DNA of 64,000 bases, taken from Caecitellus pseudoparvulus (Eukaryota; Protista; Bigyra: Bicosoecida). A model generated the notes under the pieces. The model did not search any database. It was not told the DNA's origin and worked only from the letters and a program-made list of their open reading frames with translations. Positions 55,901 through 64,000 of this stretch are shown piece by piece (within the stretch, counting starts at the first letter, position 1; every line of letters starts with the position of its first letter). A program made the position numbers and the translations under genes. The stretch is from the NCBI GenBank assembly GCA_965644315.1, contig CBFFRQ010000052.1, positions 186,001 to 250,000 on the forward strand. Reading direction: 5' to 3'.

Positions 55901-58900
55901 CTGCACCGCGTCGCACAACGGCTTGACACAAGCGCTGACGACGGGCATGCGAGAGCAGCCTGCTACAGCGTGAGCTGCCAGGTGCAGAAAGCGTAGTTCA
56001 CCCCACAGGGCTTCCTGAGGCACGCGCGGCATGCTCTCATGCAGGGCGGGAAGCAATTCCAGGATGGCAGGCGCCACCTCCAAGCAGCACTCGCGCAGGC
56101 CGCTTTGCAGGGCGCTGTGGCAGACAGCATGGACGTTTGTCGCCAGCTGGGCGCTGGAGCTTCCCCTCAGCAGGCTGGAGTTGCGGTGCAGGTGTCGCAG
56201 AAGCCGGCAGGCGACGGCCGTCCATGCGGCAGCAGCCAGGCCTGGCGTGCCAGCGCCCATGGCGACACACTGGGCCCAGGTGTCCTGCCAGACCTTGTCA
56301 CCACCTGGGAGACCCAGAGCCGCAAGGTGCAGGGCCACCAGCATGTCCAGCGCCACCTCGGAGGAAGCCTGCAGGGTGCTGGAGACGTCGGGGCAGGGAG
56401 GCGACAGTGCTGGCTCGTACACGCCCGGCACACAGGGGACATCCACCAGGCCCAGCAGCAGGGCTTGCCAACCACGCTGCTTGAGCCAGCCGAACGTGTT
56501 GGACCTGGCCACGCTGGGCTGCCCGTGGTCCCCTTCGTCGCTGGACGAAGACAGCACGCTGTGGCACCACAGCAACGGCTCCAGCACCAAGCGCTGCGCC
56601 GCCGAAGCGAGGCGTGGGAGGAGCGTGGCCTGCTTGGCTGCTGGGGCCTTGGCTGCCTGGGCTGCACGCGTGCGCACCTTAGCACTGCACAGGCGCAGTG
56701 TCGCCATGAGTGGCGGGATGGCACTGGGCACGGAGAGCCGGTCATGCTGAGGGGGCACGCCTGAAAAGACGTGGTCGCTCATGGCGGCTGCCGTCGAAGC
56801 AGCTGCGCGTGGTGACACGTGCTGCAGGGCTGCCAAAGCCACGGTGGCCTGCGTGGACAGGTCCAGTTCTTCGCCCACTGCAGCTGCATCGGCAAGCCCC
56901 TGCTGCAAGAAGGCTGCCAAGTTCTCCAGCGCCGACCACAATGTGACGCTGCTGGTCAGGCCCAGGTCCCACAGCTTGGCCATGGTGCTGGACGGCAGGG
57001 CTGTGCCGGGGGTAGCACTCAAGGGCAGTGGTGCAGGCTGCAAGTCTCGGCCAAGCTCCCGCACTGCCTGCAGGCAAGGCGTCGCCAGGCACTGCAGCGC
57101 GCGGAGGACAGCTGCGGACGGCAGCTGCGTGGCCCCTGGTTGGATGCCCCGCAAGCTGGGAGCCAGCGCGCTGGCACGGCCCTTGAGCGCATGAAGAGCA
57201 CTGCCGGGCATGAGTACGCGCAGCACTGCAGCCATGATGCGAGTGGACCGAGGCAGGCTCTGCCGGGGCGTGAGGGCCGCATCCCGTGTAGCAGTTGGTG
57301 CGCCCTGGTCAACGTCCACTCCCTTCCCTGCGTGCAGGTTGGGGATGATGTCAACTCCTGCCCCGTCCTGCCCAGGCAGTCTGCCCAGGCTCACATGCAC
57401 CTCGGCGCGGCCGCTCTCGGACAGCACTGAGGCTGAGCGGGAATGCCCGCCTATCGCGCCATCAGGCACCCCTCTCGTGTCTGCCTCCAGCGTCAGCTGC
57501 ATGGGGATGCTGCCCACCTCGCTGAAGGGATCTGTGTCCGATGCCACCTGCGCGCCATCTGCGCTAACCACTTGCCAGTCGCCGGTTGAGCCGGAGCTGG
57601 TGGTCTTGGACAGGCCCGGGCTGTCGCGATCGGGAGTGGCGTCAGGCGTCGGGCGTCTCTGGAAAGACAGGGTGCTGCTGCGGTGGCGTGGCGCGCCAGG
57701 GGTGCCGAGGTCGGCGGGGGATGCGACGTGCATGGACACCCGTGGGCGGCGGGCGCCCCTTGCACTGCGCGCCGAGGGTGAGCCGATGGTTGCACGCCGC
57801 ACAGGCGTCGCGGGGCTGGCAGGCACCTGTTCTGACGAAGACAGCGACATGAGCCCCTTCACCGCTACATGCAGAGTGGATGCCAGCAGGTGTGGCGGCT
57901 CAGTGCCAGGCCCAGTGGCCAATGCCTCCGCTGGGCCTGCCCCCCGCGCCAGCTCACCAGCGATGGGGGCAAAAAGCGAGTGCAGCGCCATGCCCACGGT
58001 GCGGTATGCCCGGGAAGCTGTGATGCTGGGGAAGCTGCAGCGAAAGGCCTGCCGCACGGCAGGCTCCATGACTGCCAGGCACACCTCTGTGTCTGCACCG
58101 ATGGGCACAGTGCCCGCCCGCTCCACACCGACGATGACTGCAGCAGCCACTGACCACGCCTCCCAATGCCCCAGCAGCGCTGTCAGGACATGCATGCCCA
58201 TGAGTAGGACGCGGGTTGGGTGTCCGGCGGGGGGCGGGCAGTCCCGACTGCGCTCTGCATCGGCGCACGCTTCCATCGCAGCTAGAACAGCCGTGGTGGC
58301 GCCTCCAGCTGTCGCGAGGGCGTGGAAGAAGACCATGTGCATGAGCGGGTGCGCGAGCTGCGCCAGCAACGTGCGCAGGAGGACTTCAGACAGAGCTGGG
58401 CTGGCTGCTGTGCCTAGCAGCTGCAACAGGGCCGCAACTTCCATCAGCACCTTGCTCAGTGCCTTTCCGTGTGGGCTGCCGGTGAGGGACTTGGCCATTG
58501 GCTCGGCGGCTGCGAGGGCTTCGCGAGGGGGCTTGGGAGCTCGGTCAGTTTTCCCCGAGTGGTTCTCAAGCTGCTGCAGGAGCAGGGGCAGGGGACTGCC
58601 CATGCCCCCCACGGACCGCCGGGAGGCGAACGCTGCCACATCTTCCGAGGGCCCAGCGTCGCTGGTGCGACTGGCACGGGCTGCGACGCTGCGCATGATG
58701 GCAGAGAGGGTGGACCCGGCGCCCACTGCTTCGCCTGCAGCACCAGCGAAGGCATTGAGCTTGGTGTCGTTCACAGCGAAGGTGTCTTGCACTAGGAGCA
58801 GGATGCCGTGCACCTGTGCTGGCACCAGCGCCTCCAGGCCCTGGCACAGCAGCCACACCCAGAGCGCCTGCACATCCTGCAGCTCCTGTGCGTCGGCTGC

Positions 58901-60373
58901 CCACGCATCCACAGCCTGCTGGCTGCCAAGAGAGCAGCGGAGGCCGGCCAGGATGGACTCCATGGACAGGTACGGCGTGGAGGCATCGCCGGGGAGGAAG
59001 ATGTCGGGCCCCACTGCCTGCACGATGCTGCACAGGGCCCTGAGCCACGCCAGCTGCACAGGCTGAGAGCAGGCACACCAGACGCGCGGGCGCAGCAAGA
59101 AGGCCTGCACGGCAGCCATGGCCAGCGGCGCACTGCACCTGCATGCCAGCGTCAGCTGCAGCAGGGCGCCGGCGACCTCGGGGCCCAGCACTTCCCGCGT
59201 GGAGATGCCACTGCCACGCAAGCCCACCATGATGAGTTCGGGGGCGCGGATCTGCAAGAAGGACTCCCGGAACGCCAAGTCCACGGCCAGCCGGCGCCCC
59301 GTCGCGGCGCACAGCTGCACCCAGGTCTTGTGCAAGGCAGGGTTGTCGGGCTGTGCCGCCAGTTGCTGCAGGATGGTCCCGAAGGCCAGGCAGCAAGCTG
59401 GCCCGGTCAAGGTGCACAGGGGCGAGTCCCACACCGTGGGGTGGCCCTGAAGCAGGGGGTCTTGCAGCGTGGCGTGGCCGCTGCCTGCTCCAACCACCGC
59501 AATGCCACTGCCCAGCGTGGCCTGCCGGCGCTGCGAAGCCAGCCCCCTGCTGAGGTCCACCTGCAGGGGGCGTGGGAGGGCCGACGCGTGGGAGGGCGCG
59601 CTCATGCGGGCCATGGAGGAGAAAGTGCCACTGCTGGCCCACACGCCGCAGGTGCGCCCGCCCAGGCGTGCTGTGCCGGCGCCAGGCATGAGCAGGGCGG
59701 CGACGGCTGGGATGTCGCCGTGGCGCGCGCCGCCCACCACGGTGACGGGGGACGCAAGGGACGTGTGCCGGATGTCAGGGTCCATCAAGACTGGGGCGGG
59801 TGCGGGGATGCTGTGCCAGGCAGTGGGCAGGCTGGGGCCGGCCATGTACAGGGCAGGCACCATGGAGGCGGGGAGGGAGCCGCTGTACAGCGTGGGGCAG
59901 GCCAACCCACCCACGAGGTTGGTGCCCCACTTGGCAGAGGAGAGGGCGCCCCCTGGAATGGGCACGGTGCCTTGTTTGATGAGGTGCACCGCGTTCAGCC
60001 ACAAGTCCACGGTGGCTGGCAGCAGGCGCCGGGCCGTGTGCACCACTACAATGTGGTGCCAGCAGCCCAGGGACAATGCTGCAGTCGCATGTGCCGTGCG
60101 AGAGCCGCACGTGACCTCCACCCGGTACACGCGAGGCCGATCTGTCTGGGCCAGTTGAATGCTGAGGGCGGCCTTGTCGCTGATGAGCTGCACGGCGACA
60201 GTGGCGGCCTGAGGCCCAGCAGGCGGAGCTGCCGCGTCCAGCCGGAGGAAGAGGGAAATGCTGTACCCAGTGCTGGAAGCGGAGGTCAATCCGACATAGG
60301 GCAGGATGATGCTTTGTTCAGGAAGGCCTTGGAAGCTGAAGTAGCTCGTCGGCTGCGCTGCATGGAAGTCCAT
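49922..60373 (-). CDS. BEACH-domain protein (ConA-like N-term, PH-BEACH, Vps62-like insert, WD40), 3,483 aa, apparently intronless
   Basis: BEACH motifs WESRQLSNLHYLLALNSIAGRT..DTNQYPVFPWV, YGSHYS, FDVPDRLF, VKELTPEWF, WVDLIFG.KQRG, NVFY, YGQIPNQL (~53890-52930). N-terminal WHHIVVVH ConA-like motif. WD-like strands at the C-terminus. Confidence 0.93.
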   Translation of the reverse strand: MDFHAAQPTSYFSFQGLPEQSIILPYVGLTSASSTGYSISLFLRLDAAAPPAGPQAATVAVQLISDKAALSIQLAQTDRPRVYRVEVTCGSRTAHATAALSLGCWHHIVVVHTARRLLPATVDLWLNAVHLIKQGTVPIPGGALSSAKWGTNLVGGLACPTLYSGSLPASMVPALYMAGPSLPTAWHSIPAPAPVLMDPDIRHTSLASPVTVVGGARHGDIPAVAALLMPGAGTARLGGRTCGVWASSGTFSSMARMSAPSHASALPRPLQVDLSRGLASQRRQATLGSGIAVVGAGSGHATLQDPLLQGHPTVWDSPLCTLTGPACCLAFGTILQQLAAQPDNPALHKTWVQLCAATGRRLAVDLAFRESFLQIRAPELIMVGLRGSGISTREVLGPEVAGALLQLTLACRCSAPLAMAAVQAFLLRPRVWCACSQPVQLAWLRALCSIVQAVGPDIFLPGDASTPYLSMESILAGLRCSLGSQQAVDAWAADAQELQDVQALWVWLLCQGLEALVPAQVHGILLLVQDTFAVNDTKLNAFAGAAGEAVGAGSTLSAIMRSVAARASRTSDAGPSEDVAAFASRRSVGGMGSPLPLLLQQLENHSGKTDRAPKPPREALAAAEPMAKSLTGSPHGKALSKVLMEVAALLQLLGTAASPALSEVLLRTLLAQLAHPLMHMVFFHALATAGGATTAVLAAMEACADAERSRDCPPPAGHPTRVLLMGMHVLTALLGHWEAWSVAAAVIVGVERAGTVPIGADTEVCLAVMEPAVRQAFRCSFPSITASRAYRTVGMALHSLFAPIAGELARGAGPAEALATGPGTEPPHLLASTLHVAVKGLMSLSSSEQVPASPATPVRRATIGSPSARSARGARRPRVSMHVASPADLGTPGAPRHRSSTLSFQRRPTPDATPDRDSPGLSKTTSSGSTGDWQVVSADGAQVASDTDPFSEVGSIPMQLTLEADTRGVPDGAIGGHSRSASVLSESGRAEVHVSLGRLPGQDGAGVDIIPNLHAGKGVDVDQGAPTATRDAALTPRQSLPRSTRIMAAVLRVLMPGSALHALKGRASALAPSLRGIQPGATQLPSAAVLRALQCLATPCLQAVRELGRDLQPAPLPLSATPGTALPSSTMAKLWDLGLTSSVTLWSALENLAAFLQQGLADAAAVGEELDLSTQATVALAALQHVSPRAAASTAAAMSDHVFSGVPPQHDRLSVPSAIPPLMATLRLCSAKVRTRAAQAAKAPAAKQATLLPRLASAAQRLVLEPLLWCHSVLSSSSDEGDHGQPSVARSNTFGWLKQRGWQALLLGLVDVPCVPGVYEPALSPPCPDVSSTLQASSEVALDMLVALHLAALGLPGGDKVWQDTWAQCVAMGAGTPGLAAAAWTAVACRLLRHLHRNSSLLRGSSSAQLATNVHAVCHSALQSGLRECCLEVAPAILELLPALHESMPRVPQEALWGELRFLHLAAHAVAGCSRMPVVSACVKPLCDAVQHALHKRLPDVYRFSVTGPVTSHQAPEVQYQLPGGPGGVLGATSETAHIEILLYLLATLAPLLALHPDTHAHAEQGEWQELAGNVVMGILNTSRFGPLEVDVRHWRDEALGASTQSSMLPRHRAVQPAVPTRGPSVQHATTAERAADALQDIQATVDAVVQRVESCSPAEEPGEQTVLRALPVPVLEAAAWDSHADSMHVGSTPGAPGAAGAGETAPPTPPAELSKNHVWALFRLGVATALASVAGAGEEALASNARQLAKLAASLRLSVGRASAPWSRSAQAAVAAGPKKGTLAVEAVDGECVQGGLALQHLDASAALVEEQGGGPGAGWKLDSHDATPPVMLKWGAWGPRQRLVQSSDGILAAQSYGEYSSASNAAGESGGGGQAAPGPEGDVGEEALAAQLAAAGVVRGIHETEERTSDAEEEEEGGAGSGGSPGAVQVSERSSPDSARDRSSTSASAASLLLEEEEEADALASAAMAQAAVAQLGSTASLVVRARLLNAKAATRGTLFIMPGNKYVWRPSSAPSATSDAVAAEWVDVPSIVRAEGEDSDDEVEVGTQQALARCGWSPHRTRPISWASREVAGLWMRSYCLQSTALEVEVARHGGPRRRRYMFAFVRRDVRDRVASHLIKDLGGSPPTAGSSVALSSKVPFAPPHSRPSEVLREAKLTEAWESRQLSNLHYLLALNSIAGRTVHDTNQYPVFPWVLSDYSSQHLDLAHPASYRDLRRPMGALTRARLAEFRSRFESLGGYDPDAGDAPAGILPFMYGSHYSTSVGTVMHYLLRLYPFTGGHALTQEGHFDVPDRLFASVQQSWRLATEGLTEVKELTPEWFTSPAFLLNLSSYDFGTTQDGTTVSDVQLPPWTETYTYPYKSLVPREVWDSALLPDLARPRNRTPAQRARAFIAAQREALEGEHVSGRLHSWVDLIFGCKQRGEAAIKADNVFYYCTYPGAVDVEAVTDPTVRKALKLQILHYGQIPNQLLTRPHPPRRGAAADLTKPHPLAADLRDARSIAHFAAAAPEPTPPPAAEGKVSAAALAVTLTFHHARIHRSLDGGYSLWRPVYAPGLVAGDLGGEQERVAYSLGDAISLGGVPPPCTLMVTAAVADSDAVVLRCGEDGTPVHGSGEGAGGPPPPLAYPIGYTRQEMLVGGGADDRVCIWSAVPPAGYVSLGCIASLVTAGEGATADGDEVVAPGPSAGQGASATLGESGGSCPPPMDAMVCVHQSLVLQAPLSTRVHVSLDTTEISVDVPVAGRPSEATPEQPEAKPVFKRQLQKHTNAMWAVQSPTNSFLVPKLSAILHGRQQRSAEGGEAGALAWNGAALPEVADPREWESFQAASALAFTLNPVLFSTDPGTQRRLPSLAQGMSSPWSYASSPTGSEEDIVALATVSEASGRIMSISADGELDLLRVAVVNLPLPSPPPPPPAGPSGMAGVVTSSLTAATTTVADAVGVVGEAVGYVIGEEEAGSGAFTGWTVRAADGTTSSLYSLVRHVGLTLHHERPLAHLQDFMGVATAVAPPKSFHVPLSNLASAARTMPPSQTSPHPAHVQLSPAVFTPSGRVAIVGAGPGAGVQLTAVQPDTAADVNVVAGLTLPPTSPTAAVSCVAVAPDGDWLAVGYDDGSAEVWAVSHLHAGWGMDLRSPCAGSRPHRRLLGACMAEAGDLMVAGSDTAWTVDGSMHPRAPPEEAVAGPAVTCLAISASADAIVVGHVGEAWLYELSRGRPLRRWMWATPAGASDHTTSVVAVGAAFVADNGVMVAWSGGIAAGGETGEVSTVVRYEVGAYAEAPSAIWHMPSTPEGALPPRITAFAVLDARAPRNGYAGHTATGGGWGPAQADAFQAAVRAGGTKRAFGETGPREVVAVGDAAGGITLLDALDASPLAAFRSAACPVRSITGSPCAGFFVSGGGGGRVTVHALPALPCVAGTRGSALVDTVGEHVAVGRDKVAAAAMASASTVSEMATSGRGLAMEVGSIVKGVFGSLWSGGRSSPSK

Positions 60374-60593
60374 GGCTTCCGCAACGTTGCGACGCGAGAG
60401 AGTGCGGAACTTGACTCAAACTGGTGAGGGGGTTTGTGGTTGCGAGGGGGGGCTGCAGCGCCACCCAGGCTTAGTGTGCACAAAGAGCGTGCAGGGTGCA
60501 CTTTCAAGTATGTAAACCGCCATCCAAGGGATTCGATCGAGCATCGCACAGCGAGTTGTGTTTGTCGTGTGGCGATGCCTGCTGCACTGCAGC

Positions 60594-62497
60594 ATGCAGC
60601 CCTGCAGCATTTTGGTGGCTGAGCCGACCCCTCGGGCGAAGGGCAGCGGCGGCAAGGCGCCTGCTGTGTGCGCTTGGAGCACTTCTGGCGTCTGGTATGC
60701 CACGACTTCCTCCAAAACGGGACAGGTCATCGTCAGCGCCGCAGGCGGCCTGCCACACTCCATCACGCTGCCTTACCGAAGGTGTGGCGAGGCGCCTGGG
60801 CTGCGCCACTCACCCGCCGTGCCGCACCGCCTTTCTCCCTGCCCGACTCGCACAGGCATGTAGAGGCCCTGGTGTGGAGCCCTGATGACGATTTCCTGTT
60901 GGTGCAGCAAGCCTCCACGCCAGGCGTTTGCCTGTGGCAAGTGGCAACGCGCAGTCTCAGGTCAGTCACCATCGGCGCCAGCGCCGTGGCCCGTGCGTGG
61001 CTCACCAGCACCAGCCTGGCACTGTGCTGCGCTCGGGCAGTGTACTGGCTGGATGCCAACGACTCTGCTGCAGCTGCTGTCTCCGTGCTGGGGCCCGCAG
61101 ACGTGAAGGGCGGCCGGCGCAGCAGCTCGGCCGCCGCTTGGCAGGGCATGAGTGCCCTGCCGCCTGCCTCCGACGGCTCCGGGCGCATGCTGGTGGCGGG
61201 GCATGGACATATGGCCGTGGTGGCAGTGCACCCCTCGGGCCGCCGCAGGGTGCGTGTGTGCCCCTGGACTGCCCGGGGCAGTCACCTCGTGGTAGCGGGG
61301 AGCCACGTCGGCCAGCTGGACCCCGATGCTGCTGCAGTTGCCTGTGGCCAGCTGGACGAGAGCCAGTTGTTGCAGGAAGGTGTTGGTGCAAGCGGTGGCC
61401 CTGGCCCAGGTGAAGCCACGCCAAGCGCCACCCTCGTCACAAACACTTCCCTGCTCCGCCTGCCTGAGCGGCAGCTGGGCTTCCTGTGCCTGGCCCCCAG
61501 CTACGTGCATGACAAGGCCAGCGGCACCTGGGCCCGTGCACTGCTGGCTGTCACCCGCAAGGGGCACCTGCTGTGGCTGGATGCCCAGCATGGGCGCTTG
61601 GTGCAGCAGCAGGCCAGCAAACCACGCGGCGCAGCGGCCGTGAGCGATGGTGGAGCCGCTGTGGACCCCACTTGCTCTGCCGTGGCGGCTGCCGTGGATG
61701 AGGCGACAGGTGCCGTGGCCATTGCATGGTCCACTGGCGTCGTCAGCATCCTGTGGCCGTGGCCGGGCCCAGGGGGCGTGCGGTGGGCGGAGGTGGGCGC
61801 TGCCGCCCCTTCCACCACCGGCGTCCTGACCGACACAGCTCACGGCACGGAGGGACGCGCAGCTCTGCCACCTGCGTGGCTACCAGGCACCGCCCTGGGC
61901 ATTGGGGCACTTCGTGACCCAGCAGCGCCGCCTGTGACGGCTTGCCTGCAGCGGGCAGTGTGTGGGTGGTGCAAGGCGGGGGGGGGCGACGTGCCCCCTT
62001 CCTCGGCAGCCTCCACCGAGTCTGACCCAGCCCGAAACAAGGGATGGCCCACCTGCTGTCGTCGAGTAGAACCGGTCGGGGGCAAGATGCAGACGCTGCA
62101 TGCGCTGAGCTGGGCACCAGGGGGCATGCAGGCGCTGCAGATGCACTGCACCGCCGGCGCGGCCCGCACCGTGTCCGTGTGCCTGCCGCCCCCCCAGGGC
62201 ATCCTTGGAAACGCACCTTGGCCGTTTGTCTGGCGTGGGAGCAGCAGCGTCGTGCTGGGTCGGGTGGCCTCGCCGTTGCGCAGGGTAGCAGCAGGAGGCA
62301 GCTGGAACGGGCGTTTGGCTGCACTGCTGCACAGCACCGACAGTGTGTGGCAGGCGCTGGACCACTTGCCACCAGGCAGCTCGTGCGAGAGCACGCCGTC
62401 CATGGCGGGGTGGGCGGCTGCCTTGCGTGCGCTCATCGGACTGTGCATGCTGTACCTGGTCGCTCACATCGTGCTGCAGCAGGCGATGCCTGCGTGA
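60594..62497 (+). CDS. Hypothetical WD40/beta-propeller-like protein with C-terminal transmembrane helix, 2 exons
   Basis: Exons 60594-60781 and 60856-62497. Repeated CAWS, LVWSPDD..LL, AIAWSTGVV and LSWAP strands. C-terminal hydrophobic ALIGLCMLYLVAHIVL. Confidence 0.5.
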
Positions 62498-62619
62498 CCA
62501 GGCATGCCACGTTGAGGCGCTCGCCAGGGAACTTTTCAGCTCAAATGTAATGTTCCACCCAATGCACCAAGTCCGTGTGCCTCCTGCTGGGACATTCACA
62601 CGGCGCAGGCTCAGCCAGC

Positions 62620-63406
62620 ATGGCTGTCACTCACGCAGTGCTTCGGCGCTGGTCTCGAGCAGCTCGAATTCCGCAGCTCACGCAGCAACCGCCAGCTCGC
62701 TGCATGACCCTGGCGAACCGAAGGCACCATGTGAACCCTCTCAGCAGCTCTCTGACTGAGAGAATGGACGCCATTGAATGGAGCGACCACCTCGTGGACA
62801 CGTCTCTTCCAGTGCACCTGGACATCGGGTGCGTGCACTGGTCTTGCTCGCCAGGCAGGCTTGCCCCACGCTCAACGTGACATACACGCGCCCTCCGTTC
62901 ACAGGTGTGGGACAGGGCAGTTCGTGCATGATCTGGCCCGGCACGAGCCTGGACGCAACTTCGTCGGCGTGGACATCCGCCACGCGTACATCGAGGAAGC
63001 ACTGGGCCGGGTGGTGCCCAAGCCACCCAACGTGCACTTCGTGCGCGGAAACTTGCAGTTCAACGCAGAGGCCATCCTAGGCGGACTGCCACATGGCGTC
63101 GCCTCCATCAGCATCATGTACCCCGACCCTTGGTTCAAGTCGTCTCACCAGAAGCGCCGGCTGGTGACACCTGCGTTCCTCTCAGCCTTAGCGCCGTTTG
63201 TGGCGCCGGGCGCAGCCGTGCACTTCCAGACGGATGTCTTTGAGCTGTTCATGGCGGCAGAGGAAAGCTTCGCTTCCAGCCCTGACTTCCAAGTGCTCTC
63301 CTCTGACCCCAAAGGCAGTCCCTTCCCCGTGCAGACGCCCTTCGAGCAGCGCACCAGTGAAGTGGAGCACAGCGGCAAGTTCATGCTGGCTATCCTGAAG
63401 TCATGA
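62620..63406 (+). CDS. trmB: Bacterial-type tRNA (guanine-N7)-methyltransferase TrmB with organelle-targeting-like presequence, 2 exons
   Basis: RHHVNPLS, spliced SAM motif HLDIG|CGTG (intron 62829-62904), NFVGVDIR, YPDPWFKSSHQKRRLV, FQTDV. Confidence 0.9.
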
Positions 63407-63697
63407 GGTTGCAACCTTGCCTCTTACTTGGATGTCACCTTTCTAACCTGCCTCCGAGTGCTGGTGCATGTCTGCAGTGGAGCGCTGCCAGCCGACCACA
63501 GCACCAAGCCTGCTGGGTTGCCACATCTGCACAATGCACGGTCCCCTGTACTTCTCTTTTCCTGCTGGAGCACTAGGGTAGCCACACTACACTTCGTCCA
63601 CGGGCCGTGCACCATCCAGTCCCTCCCTGCTGCAGGCTGTGGGATTTTTCGGGGGTGTGCGGGGGCCGCGTTTCGTGCGAAACGCGGGGGTGCCCAC

Positions 63698-64000
63698 ATG
63701 GCTTCTGTGCAGGCACGGCTGCCGCTGAAGCACACAGGCTTCGTGCATGACGTGGCGTACGACTTCTTCGGTGAGCGACTGGCCACTGCAGGGGCTGACC
63801 ACGTCGTGAACGTGTATGCGGTGAACGAGGAGGGGCAGTGGGTGCTGCAGAGCAGCATTTCTGCTCACACCGCGCCCATCATGAGGCTGGACTGGGCTCA
63901 CCCTGAATTCGGGACGCTCATCGCATCCGCCTCTCTGGACCACAAGGTGGCCATTTGGGAGGAGCAGGAGATGGTGGACGAGGCCACTGGCACCGTGCAG
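63698..64000 (+). CDS. SEH1: Nucleoporin/GATOR2 subunit Seh1 (5' part, truncated by window end)
   Basis: HTGFVHDVAYDFFGERLATAGAD...AHTAPIMRLDWAHPEFGTLIASASLDHKVAIWEE. HPEFG and WEE favour Seh1 over Sec13. Confidence 0.82.
   Translation, partial: MASVQARLPLKHTGFVHDVAYDFFGERLATAGADHVVNVYAVNEEGQWVLQSSISAHTAPIMRLDWAHPEFGTLIASASLDHKVAIWEEQEMVDEATGTVQ

Noticed and set aside
45509-64000. TOR/lysosome theme (S6K-like, SEH1, BEACH, BLOS1) or tRNA-modification theme (CTU2, TrmB) as functional clusters
   Set aside because: The genes are interspersed with unrelated housekeeping genes; nothing beyond chance adjacency.
1-64000. Prokaryotic-type systems, CRISPR arrays, transposons, endogenous virophage/Polinton or giant-virus inserts
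   Set aside because: No direct-repeat arrays, transposase/integrase/RT/capsid motifs or AT-rich islands seen. All recognised genes are intron-bearing or typical eukaryotic nuclear genes.

Overview
This is gene-dense, high-GC eukaryotic nuclear DNA, not prokaryotic. I model 25 protein-coding genes. Introns are short GT-AG type (mostly about 60-110 nt, donors mainly GTGCGT/GTGAGT) and in the long genes sit only near the 5' end. In order: mitochondrial aconitase, PDR-type ABCG transporter, CTU2, Oxa1/Cox18-family insertase with a ~1,170-aa tail, BLOC1S1-like, CSN8, DsbA-like thioredoxin (CPDS), acidic EF-hand protein, orphan with a CHD/SLIDE-like motif, divergent CG-1-like transcription factor, Myb-bromo-PHD-KAT11 (CBP/p300-type) HAT, SSXT/SS18-like protein, low-complexity cytoskeletal-type protein, FERM-WW protein, CPHC glutaredoxin, GOST-like multi-TM protein, ALG8, membrane-anchored family I pyrophosphatase, short SRP14, S6K-like AGC kinase, KMO, a 3,483-aa BEACH protein with a Vps62-like insert, a tail-anchored beta-propeller, bacterial-type TrmB, and the 5' part of SEH1. 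Gene style suggests a protist, possibly a heterotrophic stramenopile (inference only). The strongest unexplained signal is a (C)AATGCA motif just downstream of most stop codons on the sense strand. It becomes palindromic in the 23-34-nt gaps between convergent genes, so it is a candidate lineage-specific, bidirectional polyadenylation signal. A second motif, AANTTCCGC-like, sits just upstream of several start codons. No rRNA, tRNA, CRISPR or mobile element was recognised. All exon models and family assignments are manual, from remembered motifs, and unverified.
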